Shown: piece after piece, positions 40,270 to 49,982 of the stretch | Position numbering within the stretch: position 1 is the first letter of the stretch | Layout: every line of letters begins with the position of its first letter | From: Nitrospinales bacterium | Lineage (GTDB): Bacteria > Nitrospinota_A > UBA7883 > JACRGQ01 | Length of the DNA stretch: 64,000 nucleotides | Reading direction: 5' to 3' | Assembly: GCA_023248535.1 (NCBI GenBank) | Contig: JAHFEJ010000002.1 | Span: forward strand, 2,714-66,713 | The notes under the pieces: model-generated | What the model saw: only the letters and a program-made list of their open reading frames with translations | The model's database searches: none | Told to the model about the DNA's origin: nothing | Translations under genes and position numbers: made by a program

Positions 40270-41225
40270 CACTCCGTCTGGCATGCTTGCAATATATAAT
40301 AGCCCCACGTTAGATATATGGCCTTTACGACTTATTTATACAACGCAATTTTCTATAAACCCTTACAGTTAGATCACTGTATCCTGTGTTGGCCATACAT
40401 GCCCGTACACTATAAGGCGCAATACTAAATTATTCATGGTCATTTGTATATTTCAATACACATGGCATTTTTAGAAGTTTTTGATACTTAGGCACATTTC
40501 TTTGCCCACCGTAATTGCAATGTAAGTCTTATATCATACATTAATACCATTTATATAACATTTCATGCGACTGACCAAAGAGACAGTATATACGGTGACA
40601 ACTTTTATATATAAAACTCCAGAATTGGCACTCCGATGTCGAGTGAAGACCAATATTCATTGCCGATAGGATAGCCGAACTCATGCATATGCTAGCTGAA
40701 ATATATTTTTTCAATGTTGAGGTCACTTTTCAGCACTTGGGTGCACTTATTAGCCCATAGCAGCGTGGCTCCAGATGCAGATCGCTACGTCTGGATTTTT
40801 GGCAATGGGCCGATCTGAAACCAGCTTAGCCGTCATGGAAAACTGAAATATGTCAACATATTCCATTAATGTCTTCGCGTGATCTTCGACCTTCCTCTTT
40901 GTTAGTTTGAGCCAAACTTCCTCGGTTATTGCCATAATTTTTATTAGAAAACCGAGCCTTCATCGCCCAAGATGCCTTGAGAGCGGTGTGGATTTATTGA
41001 AAGATCAGAATTGCTGACCAATCGGTATGTAACATTCACGTATTGATACACGTAATGTCGCAACGCCCATAATAATAACATATAGCCTGTAAATATGCCT
41101 GAAAAATTGATTTAGGCTCTTGCCATTCAACTGTTTTCCCAATGAAAAATTAAATTTCAGCCCATTATTCCAATATTTATACCAGCAAAATATTGATTAC
41201 AGGGTATCACCGTCTTATATCTTCC
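40270..41225. other. ~950-bp AT-rich (about 40% GC) non-coding island
   Basis: Sharp compositional drop against ~65% flanks. Only short, poorly supported ORFs. Confidence 0.7.
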
Positions 41226-41227
41226 TC

Positions 41228-43789
41228 ATGATGGATTTTAACAGGTTTACGATCAAGGCCTCGGAAGCGATACAAGGAGCGATGCAGCTTGCAGGGAGCC
41301 TATCCCACCAGGCGGTCACCCCCCTACACCTCCTCCTTAGCCTCATAAAGCAGGACGGGGGACTGGTGCCGAACATCCTTACCCGGCTTGAGGTTTCCCC
41401 CGAAAAGCTTGCCGGGGAGATAAAAAGTGCACTGGAGTCCCTGCCGCGCGTCACCGGTGTTGAGGGCGCCTACCTTTCCCCCGAAGCCAAGAAGGCGCTT
41501 GAGGCGGCGGAATCGGAGGCGGCCCAGCTTCACGACGAATACCTGAGCACCGAGCACTTGCTCTTGGGGGTTCTTGATCAGCCCTCGGTGAAAAAGCTGC
41601 TCAAGATCACGCGTGACGAGGTTTTGAAAGCACTGGCCTCTATCAGGGGAAGCCAGCGTGTGACCGACGCCGACCCGGAAGGAAAATACCAGGCCCTTGA
41701 AAAATACACCGCCGATCTCACCCGGCAGGCGGCCCAAAACAAAATAGACCCTGTGGTTGGCCGCGAAGACGAGATCCGCCGGATGATGCAGATTCTCAGC
41801 CGCCGCACCAAGAACAACCCCTGCCTGGTTGGGGAACCGGGAACCGGCAAAACCGCCATCGTGGAGGGTTTGGCCCGAAAAATAATCGAAGGGGACGTTC
41901 CCAACACAATTAAAAACAAACGGTTACTCTCGCTTGATATGGGGGCGCTCATCGCCGGCACCAAATACCGGGGCGAGTTTGAAGACCGTCTGAAAGCGGT
42001 CATAAAGGAGATTGAGTCGGCCGAGGGGGAGGTGATCCTCTTCATCGACGAATTGCACACCATCGTGGGGGCTGGCGCGGCGGAAGGCTCGATGGACGCG
42101 GGCAACCTGCTGAAACCGGCCCTTGCGCGGGGCAAGCTCCACACCATCGGCGCCACCACGTTGAAAGAGTACCGCAAACATATCGAAAAAGATGCCGCCC
42201 TGGAGCGCCGCTTCCAGCCCGTGATGGTGGAAGAGCCATCCGTAAAAGACGCCATCTCGATTCTGCGCGGCATCAAGGAGAAATATGAACTGCATCATGG
42301 CGTGCGCATCCGTGATAACGCCATCGTGGCGGCGGCAACCCTTTCCGCCCGCTATATCACCGACCGCTTTCTGCCTGATAAGGCCATTGACCTGATGGAC
42401 GAGGCGGCCAGCGGCCTCAAAATGGACCTTGAAAGCCGTCCCGCCGAGCTGGATCGGCTCGACCGGAAAATACGCCAGATGGAGATCGAGCGCGCCGCCC
42501 TGAAAAAAGAATCCGACGAGGCGAGCAAAAAGAGGCTGCAAGAGCTGGAAAAGGAGCTTTCGCTATCCGCCGAGGAATTGAAGACGGTCGAGCTGCAATG
42601 GCAAAACGAAAAAGGGGTTATCGACGCCATCAAGGGGGCGAAAGAGGAGATCGGCCGCCTGAAAGACGGGGCGGAAAAGGCCGAGCGGACGGGCGAACTG
42701 CAAAAGGTCGCCGAGATCCGCTACGCCAAAATCCCCGAACAGGAAAAACTGATGCGCGAGACGCAGGCAAAGCTGGCCGCGCTGCATACAAACCGCTCCA
42801 TCCTCCGCGAAGAGGTGACGGAAGAGGATATCGCCGCGGTGGTTTCCCGATGGACGGGCATCCCCGTCACCCGGATGTTGACGGAAGAGAGCCAAAAACT
42901 CGCGCACCTTGAAGAATCCCTTGCCCGGCGGGTGGTCGGCCAAAAACCGGCTATTAAGGCAGTGAGCAACGCGGTGCGCCGCAGCCGCGCCGGGTTGCAG
43001 GAAGAGGGGCGGCCGATGGGGAGCTTCATCTTCCTGGGGCCAACCGGCGTGGGAAAGACCGAGCTGGCCAAGGCGCTGGCGGAGTTTTTATTCAACGACG
43101 AGCGGAACATTATCCGCGTCGATATGAGCGAATATATGGAAAAACACGCCGTGGCGCGGCTGATCGGCTCGCCCCCCGGCTATGTGGGATACGAGGAGGG
43201 GGGGCAGCTCACCGAAGCGGTGCGCCGCCATCCCTACAGCATTATGCTGTTCGACGAAATTGAAAAAGCCCACTCCGATGTTTTCAACCTGCTGCTGCAG
43301 GTGCTGGACGAAGGGCGGCTCACCGATGGCAAGGGGCGGACGGTCGATTTCCGCAACACGGTGTTGATAATGACCTCGAACATCGCGGCGGAGCAGATAG
43401 CCGAGTTTAGGGACGACCCCGGGCGGCAGCGCGAAGAGGTCTTCGCGGCGCTGCGGCGGCTCTTCCGGCCCGAGTTCCTCAACCGCATCGACGACACCAT
43501 CATCTTCCAGCACCTCGGGCGCGAAGAGCTGGCCGAGATCGTCCGGATACAGGTGGAGAGGGTGGCGAAACGGCTGGAGCAAAAGAAGATCGCCCTGCGC
43601 CTCACCAAGCGCGCCACCGGCCAGCTTGCCGTAGCGGGTTACGATCCTGCATTTGGCGCGCGCCCCCTCAAGCGGGTCATCCAGAACGAGATACTGGACG
43701 AGTTGGCGTTGCGTATTGTGGAAGGAAAAATTGCTGAAGGGAATGACGTGACCATAGACTACAAAGACGGATGGGTGATAACCGTTTAG
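41228..43789 (+). CDS. clpB: Chaperone ClpB (AAA+ disaggregase)
   Basis: Two AAA+ modules ([16 protein letters not shown]), the middle coiled-coil domain and a Clp N domain. Confidence 0.93.
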   Translation: MMDFNRFTIKASEAIQGAMQLAGSLSHQAVTPLHLLLSLIKQDGGLVPNILTRLEVSPEKLAGEIKSALESLPRVTGVEGAYLSPEAKKALEAAESEAAQLHDEYLSTEHLLLGVLDQPSVKKLLKITRDEVLKALASIRGSQRVTDADPEGKYQALEKYTADLTRQAAQNKIDPVVGREDEIRRMMQILSRRTKNNPCLVGEPGTGKTAIVEGLARKIIEGDVPNTIKNKRLLSLDMGALIAGTKYRGEFEDRLKAVIKEIESAEGEVILFIDELHTIVGAGAAEGSMDAGNLLKPALARGKLHTIGATTLKEYRKHIEKDAALERRFQPVMVEEPSVKDAISILRGIKEKYELHHGVRIRDNAIVAAATLSARYITDRFLPDKAIDLMDEAASGLKMDLESRPAELDRLDRKIRQMEIERAALKKESDEASKKRLQELEKELSLSAEELKTVELQWQNEKGVIDAIKGAKEEIGRLKDGAEKAERTGELQKVAEIRYAKIPEQEKLMRETQAKLAALHTNRSILREEVTEEDIAAVVSRWTGIPVTRMLTEESQKLAHLEESLARRVVGQKPAIKAVSNAVRRSRAGLQEEGRPMGSFIFLGPTGVGKTELAKALAEFLFNDERNIIRVDMSEYMEKHAVARLIGSPPGYVGYEEGGQLTEAVRRHPYSIMLFDEIEKAHSDVFNLLLQVLDEGRLTDGKGRTVDFRNTVLIMTSNIAAEQIAEFRDDPGRQREEVFAALRRLFRPEFLNRIDDTIIFQHLGREELAEIVRIQVERVAKRLEQKKIALRLTKRATGQLAVAGYDPAFGARPLKRVIQNEILDELALRIVEGKIAEGNDVTIDYKDGWVITV

Positions 43790-43909
43790 CCGGTTTTTCT
43801 TCCGGTTCCATTTCGATTTCCTTTTTCGATGGATCGAAAAAATAGGATAAACTGGACGCGTGTTCTTCAAAATGCTAAACGCGCAATACACTATCGAGGG
43901 GAACGTGAA

Positions 43910-44344
43910 ATGACACAGCCGGACAACGTATCCAGGCTTGATCTCAACGCCATGAAGGCCAATCAGGCCGTTATCATTACTTTGTTATTGGCCGCTTTTT
44001 TTCTGAACCTGCCGTGGCTGGTGCTGTTCGTGGGTGCCGTGATGGCAATAGGCACCGTGGCCGGTGTTCCCGGATTCAAGCCCATCTACCGGTATTGTTT
44101 TATCCCGCTGAACGTTGTTAAGCCACACATTGTTGACGGCAACCGCGAAGGCCCCCGCTTCGCTCAGGGAACCGGCGCCGTCTGCGCCGTGGCCGGGGCG
44201 GCGCTGCTATACGCGGGGTATGGGTATGCGGGATGGGGGCTTGCCTGGCTTGTTATCGTGCTGGCCGCGGTGAATCTCTTCACGGGATTCTGCGCCGGTT
44301 GCTCGCTCTATTACTGGATAAAAAAGATAAAGCCGAATGGCTGA
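43910..44344 (+). CDS. DUF4395-like small membrane protein
   Basis: About 144 aa. Four TM segments. C-terminal CAGCSLYY. Confidence 0.5.
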   Translation: MTQPDNVSRLDLNAMKANQAVIITLLLAAFFLNLPWLVLFVGAVMAIGTVAGVPGFKPIYRYCFIPLNVVKPHIVDGNREGPRFAQGTGAVCAVAGAALLYAGYGYAGWGLAWLVIVLAAVNLFTGFCAGCSLYYWIKKIKPNG

Positions 44345-44430
44345 TTACAGCGGAACTATTCGCCACATGGCGCGGGCAAGCCGTACTGCGGAGTTTGTCC
44401 GCCATAACGGCTTGCACGCGATAAAAGAAA

Positions 44431-44826
44431 CTATATTGCCTTAAGAACCTTTTTCGTGCTGGCCAGAACTTCTTTCTTCAACTGGGCCATTTTCGGGTTC
44501 TTCTTTATCAGCCCGAGTATTATGTTGGCATCCAGCACTTCAACGCGAACCTTGCCGGCCTTGTCTTCCCGCACCACGAAATTGCACGGCATCAAAAGCC
44601 CGATGGAAGGTTCCGCATCCAATGCCCGCGCGGCAAACGGGGGATTGCATGCACCGAGTATGAGGTACTTGGGTATATCCTTGTTTATTTTTTCCTTCAT
44701 GATCTTGCAGACGTCCATTTCGGTCAGCACGCCCCAGCTGCCGGCCTGAAGCGCCGCCCTGGTCTTTTTAACCGCATCGTCGAAAGACATCTTCACTACT
44801 TTTCCGAACCCGTAATTTTTTGTCAT
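44431..44826 (-). CDS. DUF302 domain protein
   Basis: 131 aa. Strong SD AAGGAGGGG before ATG 44826. Confidence 0.6.
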   Translation of the reverse strand: MTKNYGFGKVVKMSFDDAVKKTRAALQAGSWGVLTEMDVCKIMKEKINKDIPKYLILGACNPPFAARALDAEPSIGLLMPCNFVVREDKAGKVRVEVLDANIILGLIKKNPKMAQLKKEVLASTKKVLKAI

Positions 44827-45035
44827 AAAGAACCCCTCCTTTGTGAATAAGCCAAAAACCCCAACACCCTGCACTGAGGAATAATTGTACCGTAAAAGAT
44901 AACGGTCATCCACTGCGGGCGAAACCCCGGCCCGCGAAAACCGGCGGCGCTGAACGGACGGGGAAACTGTCTTTTTAACCATACCTTAACAAAAAGGCCA
45001 TCAAAGTTTCACCGACACCGCCGTATCATGGCGGC

Positions 45036-45776
45036 ATGACCAAAGAAATGCTTGAGCGCCAGCATGCAAGCCTCTCCCTCGTCACCCACGACCTGAAATC
45101 GCCGATGGTCGCCATCATCGGCTGTTCCCGATTCCTGATGCGCGACATGAAAAACAAGCCGCACGACCCCAATTGGCTCCTTATGGTGGAGCGGATGGTG
45201 AAGGCGGGGGAGGGAATGCTGGTGCTCATCGAAACCATCCTTGCTATGGGAAAAATGGAAGCGGGGAAAGAACACGTCGAGCCAACTTGGACTGCGGATA
45301 TTGCCGATGAATTGCGGGAAACCGTTAAAACGTTCGAGTACGAAGCGGCGGCGAAAAATATTCGCCTGATGGTCGATACACCAACGCCGCTGCCGCCAGT
45401 TTTTTGGGATATAATGCGGTTGCGCCACCACGTTTTCAACAACATTATCTCAAACGCCCTCAAATTCACCCCTGCGGATGGCAACGTAACCCTTTCGGCA
45501 AGGCAGCGGGAAAATCTGGTGGAAATCCGCGTTGCCGATACCGGCCCTGGCATCGCGCCGGAAGAGCAGGAAAAAATATTCTCCCGGTTCGAGCAGGGGA
45601 GCATGACCACACAACGGGTATTCAACGGGTCAGGCCTGGGCCTCTACAACGCCCGCCTGTTTGTGGACCGGCACGGCGGGACAATTGCCGTGGAAAACTC
45701 CAACGAAATGGGGACGGTCATCCTCATCACGCTGCCGCTGGTGAAGGCCGATGCTCCCGTCCCCGCAATGGCGTAA
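45036..45776 (+). CDS. Cytoplasmic sensor histidine kinase (HisKA + HATPase_c)
   Basis: 246 aa. H-box THDLKSPM. N, G1 and G2 boxes present. No TM segment. Confidence 0.8.
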   Translation: MTKEMLERQHASLSLVTHDLKSPMVAIIGCSRFLMRDMKNKPHDPNWLLMVERMVKAGEGMLVLIETILAMGKMEAGKEHVEPTWTADIADELRETVKTFEYEAAAKNIRLMVDTPTPLPPVFWDIMRLRHHVFNNIISNALKFTPADGNVTLSARQRENLVEIRVADTGPGIAPEEQEKIFSRFEQGSMTTQRVFNGSGLGLYNARLFVDRHGGTIAVENSNEMGTVILITLPLVKADAPVPAMA

Positions 45777-45870
45777 CGCAAATCCATCCTGTTGGCCATC
45801 AAGGGCGGAGTGCCGGAAGCGGGCGATTATGAAAAGGGATGACCTTGTTGGAAAAGTCCGCCGGGAAATA

Positions 45871-45891
45871 AAATTGGCTGGCCACCAAGGA
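45871..45891. repeat. Direct repeat of the tRNA-Gln 3' end (AAATTGGCTGGCCACCAAGGA)
   Basis: Identical to 46029-46049. A further inverted partial copy TTCGAATCCTTGGTG lies at 46002-46016. Confidence 0.75.
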
Positions 45892-46032
45892 ACGCCCACA
45901 GGCGCGGTCGCATCACGCTCCCGCTTTGCGGGCCGCCTTGCTTGCTATGCCGGACATCCTGTCCGTCATGCGCTCCCTAACCGGTCACGCCGCGCGCTTG
46001 CTTCGAATCCTTGGTGCAAGTTATGGAAAAAT

Positions 46033-46106
46033 TGGCTGGCCACCAAGGATTCGAACCTCGATAGGCAGATCCAGAATCTGCTGTCCTACCATTAGACGAG
46101 TGGCCA
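46033..46106 (-). tRNA. tRNA-Gln (anticodon CUG)
   Basis: Manual fold: U1-A72 acceptor (TGGCCAC/GTGGCCA), D-arm GTCT/GGAC, anticodon stem GCAGA/TCTGC with loop TTCTGGA, T-arm CGAGG-TTCGAAT-CCTTG, discriminator G, encoded CCA. Confidence 0.85.
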
Positions 46107-46121
46107 ATTATGCGGTCAATG

Positions 46122-46325
46122 TCACTCGGAGAGGGGGTCGTCCTTCCCGTCCGCCGCCTCTTCCTGGTGGCGGTGGCACGAGTTCAGGATGAATTCCTCG
46201 GCGCTCATCAGTGCGCCTTTCACGTCATACAGGGAAAGGTGTGGATACCGCGTTATCACCAGCTCGGCAACTTCCTTAGCCAGGAAGATCCGCGCGGTAT
46301 CGTTGTCCCTGTTCCGATTATGCAT
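46122..46325 (-). CDS. Hypothetical 67-aa protein
   Basis: ORF next to the tRNA. No recognisable motifs. Confidence 0.3.
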   Translation of the reverse strand: MHNRNRDNDTARIFLAKEVAELVITRYPHLSLYDVKGALMSAEEFILNSCHRHQEEAADGKDDPLSE

Positions 46326-46398
46326 GCTCTCCTCAGTCCGGTATTTATATCAAATGCCGAAGGCGAAATCAAACAAATGCGTTTTTGGGGCGGCTGAA

Positions 46399-47394
46399 TC
46401 AGCGGGGCAACGGCTCCACAGTGACGCCACCGGGCGGCGCGGACGCCGGGGGGGCCGCATCAAGCTCGCGCAACCGGAGTTCCATCTGTTGCGCTTCGTA
46501 CTCGTAGCGGTTGGCGCGGTATCCGTCCCGCGCAGTGGTGAAAGATACCTTCGCCTTTGCTGTATCCCCCAATGCGATGTAAAGCCGCCCGAAATATTCG
46601 TTAGCGGCGGCTTCCCAATAGCCGTCCTTCGCACTTTTGATCTTCGCCAGCCCCTGCGTCAGTTTCGCCTCCGCCCCGGCGAAATCCAGCTGCGCCAGCA
46701 GAACATTCCCCGTATTTAGCAACGCAATGCCGGCGGTCAGGGGATTTTTCAGCCTTTCTCCCAGCACGGCGGCGCGGCTATAGGCATCCAGCGCGTCGGC
46801 ATAATCCTTTTTGTCGAAAAGGATCGTTCCCATGTTGTTGAGCGCGGTGCCAGCCGCCGCTACCTCCCCTTCGTCCACGGCGCGGCGGTAATATTCCAGC
46901 GCCTTTTCGATTTCCCCCCGCTCGCGGAAAAGCGACGCCATATTCGCCAGGGTCAGGCCTCGCGTCCGCATATCCTGCGTGACGATGGCGTAGGCCAGGG
47001 CGGTATCGTAGCGTTCCAGCGCCTTGACGTAATCCTTTTCCTTTTGCAGCAGCTGGCCGAGGTCGCTGTTGAGAACCATCGTCTGATTTGGCGTATCGGC
47101 CAGTGGCAGGGCCGCCCGCAGCTGTTCCATCGCTTTAGCGGTCATTCCTGCGCCGGCATAGGCCCTGCCAAGGCAGTGGCGCGATTCGAAATAGTCGCCT
47201 TTCGCTTCCACCGCTTGTTGTCCGGCGGCGATGGCGGCGGAGAAATTTTTCTTCTCCAGCGCTTCGGCGCAGGTGGCGGCCTCTTTTTTGTACACCGGCG
47301 TGAAAAAGCTGATCGCACAGGCGGGGGCCGGGCGAACCAGCAGCAAAGCCAGTGCGGCGGCGAACAGTAATCCATGCCGTTTCATGGAATCCAT
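46399..47394 (-). CDS. Secreted tetratricopeptide-repeat protein
   Basis: Signal peptide MKRHGLLFAAALALLLVRPAPACA. At least six TPR-like helical pairs. Confidence 0.7.
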   Translation of the reverse strand: MDSMKRHGLLFAAALALLLVRPAPACAISFFTPVYKKEAATCAEALEKKNFSAAIAAGQQAVEAKGDYFESRHCLGRAYAGAGMTAKAMEQLRAALPLADTPNQTMVLNSDLGQLLQKEKDYVKALERYDTALAYAIVTQDMRTRGLTLANMASLFRERGEIEKALEYYRRAVDEGEVAAAGTALNNMGTILFDKKDYADALDAYSRAAVLGERLKNPLTAGIALLNTGNVLLAQLDFAGAEAKLTQGLAKIKSAKDGYWEAAANEYFGRLYIALGDTAKAKVSFTTARDGYRANRYEYEAQQMELRLRELDAAPPASAPPGGVTVEPLPR

Positions 47395-47458
47395 TTTGCG
47401 GCGAAACCCTTCTACTTGCAAATTTCCCCTGTTTGGCCGATGCTGGATGCAACATAGT

Positions 47459-48367
47459 ATGAACGGCGGCAAAACCAAAATCATCGCGGCATTCGCGGCG
47501 GTCTACATTCTTTGGGGTTCCACCTACCTCGCCATCCGCTTCGCCATAGAAACCCTTCCGCCATTCTTGATGTCCGGCGTCCGCTTTGTCATCGCCGGGG
47601 GGCTGCTCTTCGGCTTCATGGCGATGAAGGGGGAGAAGTGCCCCACGTCGCGGCAGTGGCGGTCCACCGTTATCATTGGCGGATTGCTGCTGCTCGGCGG
47701 CAACGGCGGCGTTGTTTACGCGGAAGAGCGGGGAGTGGCATCCGGCCTCACCGCGTTGCTGGTGGCTACGGTGCCCATCTGGATGGCGCTGCTCGACTGG
47801 AAAAGCAGGGGCCGCCTCAATCCCGGCGCGTGGGTGAGCGCGGGACTGGCGCTCGGCTTTGCGGGGGTTGCGCTGCTGGTGCTGCAAAACGGCGTGGTGG
47901 CGGTGCACATCGATCCCGTCGGGCTGGCATCGCTGGTGGCGGCGTCGGTGGCGTGGGCATACGGCAGCATTTGGGCGCGCACCGCCGATCTGCCCCGGTC
48001 ATCGCTGCAAACCACCGGCATGCAGCTGCTGATGGGCGGGCTGTGGCTCTGCATCGCGGGGTTGCTGAAAGGGGAAGCGGCGCATGTGGAGGCGGCGGAG
48101 TGGAGCCTCCGCTCGGTCGGTGCGTTTTTTTATCTTATCTTTTTCGGCTCCATCATTGGCTACAGCGCGTATGTGTATATATTGAAGATGAGCACTCCGG
48201 CCAAGGCGGGAACGTATGCCTATATCAATCCTGCCATCGCGGTGTTTTTGGGCTGGGCGCTGGCGGGGGAAAAGGTGACCGGCGTTACGATACTGGCCGC
48301 GATGATCATCATCTTCTCGGTGGCGCTCATTACCATCCGTCCGCGCGAAGCCCCCGCAAGGGAGTAG
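47459..48367 (+). CDS. EamA/DMT family transporter
   Basis: 10-TM drug/metabolite transporter with two EamA repeats. Confidence 0.75.
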   Translation: MNGGKTKIIAAFAAVYILWGSTYLAIRFAIETLPPFLMSGVRFVIAGGLLFGFMAMKGEKCPTSRQWRSTVIIGGLLLLGGNGGVVYAEERGVASGLTALLVATVPIWMALLDWKSRGRLNPGAWVSAGLALGFAGVALLVLQNGVVAVHIDPVGLASLVAASVAWAYGSIWARTADLPRSSLQTTGMQLLMGGLWLCIAGLLKGEAAHVEAAEWSLRSVGAFFYLIFFGSIIGYSAYVYILKMSTPAKAGTYAYINPAIAVFLGWALAGEKVTGVTILAAMIIIFSVALITIRPREAPARE

Positions 48368-48458
48368 GCAGGTAGGCGCCCCTTCCGGGTGGGACGGACA
48401 CTCCTGTCCGTCATTGGCCCGCGAGGGCCAACAAAGCATTGCCGCTGCCGCGGCGATA

Positions 48459-48512
48459 AGAGAGCTTTGAAAATATTTCTGGATCCCCGTTTTCACGGGG
48501 ATGACAGGAAAA
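48459..48512 (+). other. Conserved motif AGCTTTGAAAATATTTCTGG + hairpin + GATGACAGG (copy 2)
   Basis: Stem CCCCG/CGGGG here. Stems are CCCGGC/GCCGGG in copy 1 and TGCCGGA/TCCGGCA in copy 3. Confidence 0.55.
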
Positions 48513-48588
48513 TCATTTTTCGGGGACAGCGCCGCCGCAATGGGGGTAATATGACGCGATAATAATATCGTGTTATTAACGCTACTTA

Positions 48589-48643
48589 AGAAAGCTTTGA
48601 AAATATTTCTGGGTGCCGGATCGGTGTCCGGCATGACAGAAAT
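48589..48643 (+). other. Conserved motif copy 3, immediately 5' of cbiR-like gene
   Basis: Ends 12 nt before the RBS/start of the gene at 48658. Confidence 0.55.
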
Positions 48644-48657
48644 CGAAAGGAACCGTG

Positions 48658-49461
48658 ATGCCGTTTGCCGGCAATCCGCTGCATGCCTATCGCGGCGCGC
48701 TGGACGCCTATCCGGTCAGGTTCGGCGTGTCGTCGTTCGTCTGGCCCGCGGGTTACGCCGAAAACGTCACGCGCCTGAAAGGCATTTTTGCCGAAGTACA
48801 ACTGCTGGCCTACGAATCACAGGATAAATCGCCGATCAGCGGCGACGAGTTGCGCCAGCTGGCGGCGCTCAAAGACGGTGGTTTTTCCTATTCGCTCCAC
48901 CTGCCAAGCCCCAGCCGGCTGACCGCGTCCGGCGGCGACGGGGAGGCGGTCATCATCAAGGCGATAGAAACCTTCGCCCCCGCCGGAATTGGCAACTATG
49001 TGCTGCACATGGAGCAAACCGGCTGCTTCGATCTGCCGCTGGCCGCAAAACGGCTGGAGCGCATCCTGAAAAAAACCGGCGTCGCGCCGGAACATATCTG
49101 CGTGGAGAACACCATCGGCACCCCCTTTACCCCGGTCTGGGCGGCCGTGAAAGGGCTGGGCGTTTCGGTCTGCTTCGACATCGGCCACCACTTATATGAA
49201 AAGGGCGATCCGCTCGCCTTCATCGATACCTACGGCCAACATATACGGATGTGCCACATCCATGGCGTGGCGGAGCGCGACCACCGCCCGCTTTCGGCCA
49301 TTCCCGAAGAAACGCTGACCGCCGTTCTTGCCGCCGTGGCCGATTGCAAACCCGCCGGAGCGGTCATCATAGAGAACTTTTCGGTGGGGGATGTGGTGGA
49401 ATCGGTCCGCTGCCTGGCCCACGGCGCGCGGCGTTTATTACCAAGGGAGGTGCGGGCATGA
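48658..49461 (+). CDS. Xylose-isomerase-like TIM-barrel (AP endonuclease 2 superfamily) protein, CbiR-like
   Basis: 267 aa sugar-phosphate isomerase/epimerase fold. ATGA-coupled to cobU. Its position in the cob cluster matches the described cobamide-remodelling enzyme CbiR. Confidence 0.55.
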   Translation: MPFAGNPLHAYRGALDAYPVRFGVSSFVWPAGYAENVTRLKGIFAEVQLLAYESQDKSPISGDELRQLAALKDGGFSYSLHLPSPSRLTASGGDGEAVIIKAIETFAPAGIGNYVLHMEQTGCFDLPLAAKRLERILKKTGVAPEHICVENTIGTPFTPVWAAVKGLGVSVCFDIGHHLYEKGDPLAFIDTYGQHIRMCHIHGVAERDHRPLSAIPEETLTAVLAAVADCKPAGAVIIENFSVGDVVESVRCLAHGARRLLPREVRA

Positions 49462-49982
49462 AAACGCTGATCACCGGCGGGGCGCGCAGCGGCAAAAGCG
49501 CCCACGCCCTTTTGCTGGCGGAGCGATCGCCCGGCGCGAAAATATTCATCGCCACCGCCGAGGCGCACGACGCGGAGATGCGTGCCCGCATCGTGAAACA
49601 CAAGGCCGAGCGCGGCCCCGGCTGGATAACCGTGGAAGAGCCGCTGAACGTGGCGGAAGCGGTGACGGCGCACGGCGCGGCAGGAAATATTATTGTGTTA
49701 GACTGTTTGACGCTTTGGGCCAGCAACCTGCTGGAACAGGCTGATGACGCCGCATTCGCCCGCAATGCGGATGAGCTGGCCGCCGCGGCGGCCGGCGTCG
49801 CGGCGGCGGTGATCGTGGTGACGAACGAGGTGGGGCTGGGCATCGTGCCGGGCGACCCGCTGTCGCGCGCCTACCGCGACCGATTGGGACTGGTTAACGC
49901 CCGGCTGGCGGCAGTGTGCGGCCGGGTAATATTGATGGTGGCGGGACTGCCGCTCATGATTAAAGGGGAAATGAAACCATGA
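49458..49982 (+). CDS. cobU: Adenosylcobinamide kinase / adenosylcobinamide-phosphate guanylyltransferase
   Basis: 174 aa. P-loop GGARSGKS. Confidence 0.88.
   Translation: MKTLITGGARSGKSAHALLLAERSPGAKIFIATAEAHDAEMRARIVKHKAERGPGWITVEEPLNVAEAVTAHGAAGNIIVLDCLTLWASNLLEQADDAAFARNADELAAAAAGVAAAVIVVTNEVGLGIVPGDPLSRAYRDRLGLVNARLAAVCGRVILMVAGLPLMIKGEMKP

Noticed and set aside
40620-40650. CIRCE-like half site TTGGCACTC-N7-GAGTGAAGA in the AT-rich island
   Set aside because: Spacer is 7 not 9 nt, the right arm is degenerate, and it lies ~600 bp upstream of clpB. Not a credible HrcA operator.
40750-40935. 61-aa ORF inside the AT-rich island
   Set aside because: No RBS, no similarity I can recognise, atypical composition. 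Could be a gene remnant but not callable.
48370-48657. Cobalamin riboswitch upstream of the cob genes
   Set aside because: No B12 box (GCCACTG) or conserved P1-P6 pattern found by eye. Needs a covariance-model scan to exclude formally.
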